A stretch of DNA of 24,000 bases, from positions 1,894,680 to 1,918,679 of the forward strand of contig NZ_CP118946.1 of assembly GCF_029011175.1 (NCBI RefSeq), given 5' to 3'. The notes below the pieces were generated by a model. It had not been told where the DNA came from, made no database searches, and was given only the letters and a program-made list of their open reading frames with translations. The translations under genes were made by a program, and so were the position numbers. This document shows positions 23,861 through 24,000 of the stretch, piece after piece. This stretch comes from Winkia neuii (GTDB taxonomy: Bacteria; Actinomycetota; Actinomycetes; Actinomycetales; Actinomycetaceae). Positions within the stretch are counted from its first letter, which is position 1; the number at the start of each line of letters is the position of its first letter.

Positions 23861-24000
23861 CAGCTGCCTCCTGTACCTGCTGGGCAGCGCGCTCGCGCAC
23901 CACCTTCACTACCGCCTCGTTCGTGTTGACTTCGCGCAGCAAAGCCTCATGGGCGCAAGGGGTGTCGAAAATTGTTGCGGGTCGTTCAACCGAATCGCCC
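23850..24000 (-). CDS. 3' end of an ORF truncated by the window edge (unknown product)
   Basis: My translation of the minus strand gives an open frame from the window edge: GDSVERPATIFDTPCAHEALLREVNTNEAVVKVVRERAAQQVQEAAGEQ*. The stop is at 23850..23852, overlapping the downstream GTG start by 11 nt. This ORF is absent from the ORF track because it has no start codon in the window. Confidence 0.45.
   Translation of the reverse strand, partial: GDSVERPATIFDTPCAHEALLREVNTNEAVVKVVRERAAQQVQEAAGEQ

Noticed and set aside
1-24000. Scan for mobile elements, CRISPR arrays, tRNA/rRNA genes and defence-system hallmarks (nucleases, helicases, STAND/AAA ATPases, toxin-antitoxin pairs)
   Set aside because: No transposase or integrase motifs, no terminal inverted repeats flanking a gene block, no regularly spaced repeats, no cloverleaf-like candidates, and no defence-associated domains recognisable by eye. 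The window reads as core and accessory metabolism rather than an island.

Overview
GC-rich, gene-dense chromosomal segment. Protein motifs and operon styles look actinobacterial, possibly Actinomycetaceae-like, but I cannot assign a genus from sequence alone. Order of content: (1) the 3' part of a CUT1 sugar ABC operon (two permeases). (2) A membrane-anchored DUF3152-like protein whose stop lies 2 nt before cydA, then cydAB (cytochrome bd oxidase) with no cydDC downstream. (3) A small minus-strand membrane ORF. (4) An APC-family permease plus a YtcJ-like amidohydrolase. (5) Two tandem paralogous membrane proteins with Q/G/Y/P-rich N-termini, each behind its own copy of a conserved promoter-like block. 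(6) A Maa/LacA-type hexapeptide acetyltransferase. (7) A raffinose/melibiose-type locus: divergent ROK regulator, GH36 alpha-galactosidase, two permeases, a solute-binding lipoprotein and a strong terminator. After the terminator comes a separately transcribed GH32-like gene. (8) A small conserved zinc-ribbon protein overlapping the GH32-like stop. (9) A ~350-nt structured intergenic region, then glutathione peroxidase. (10) A minus-strand cluster: partial ORF, single-pass membrane protein, secreted GHSMGG alpha/beta-hydrolase. I found no rRNA, tRNA, CRISPR array, transposase, integrase or recognisable defence gene, and no convincing novel multi-gene system. The most unusual observations are two intact ORFs that look like pseudoenzymes and the mosaic tandem membrane-protein pair. 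The GH32 homologue has its nucleophile Asp and RDP Asp replaced. The DUF3152-like domain lacks any HExxH and is tightly coupled to cydA. All domain calls come from motif recognition by eye; no searches were run.
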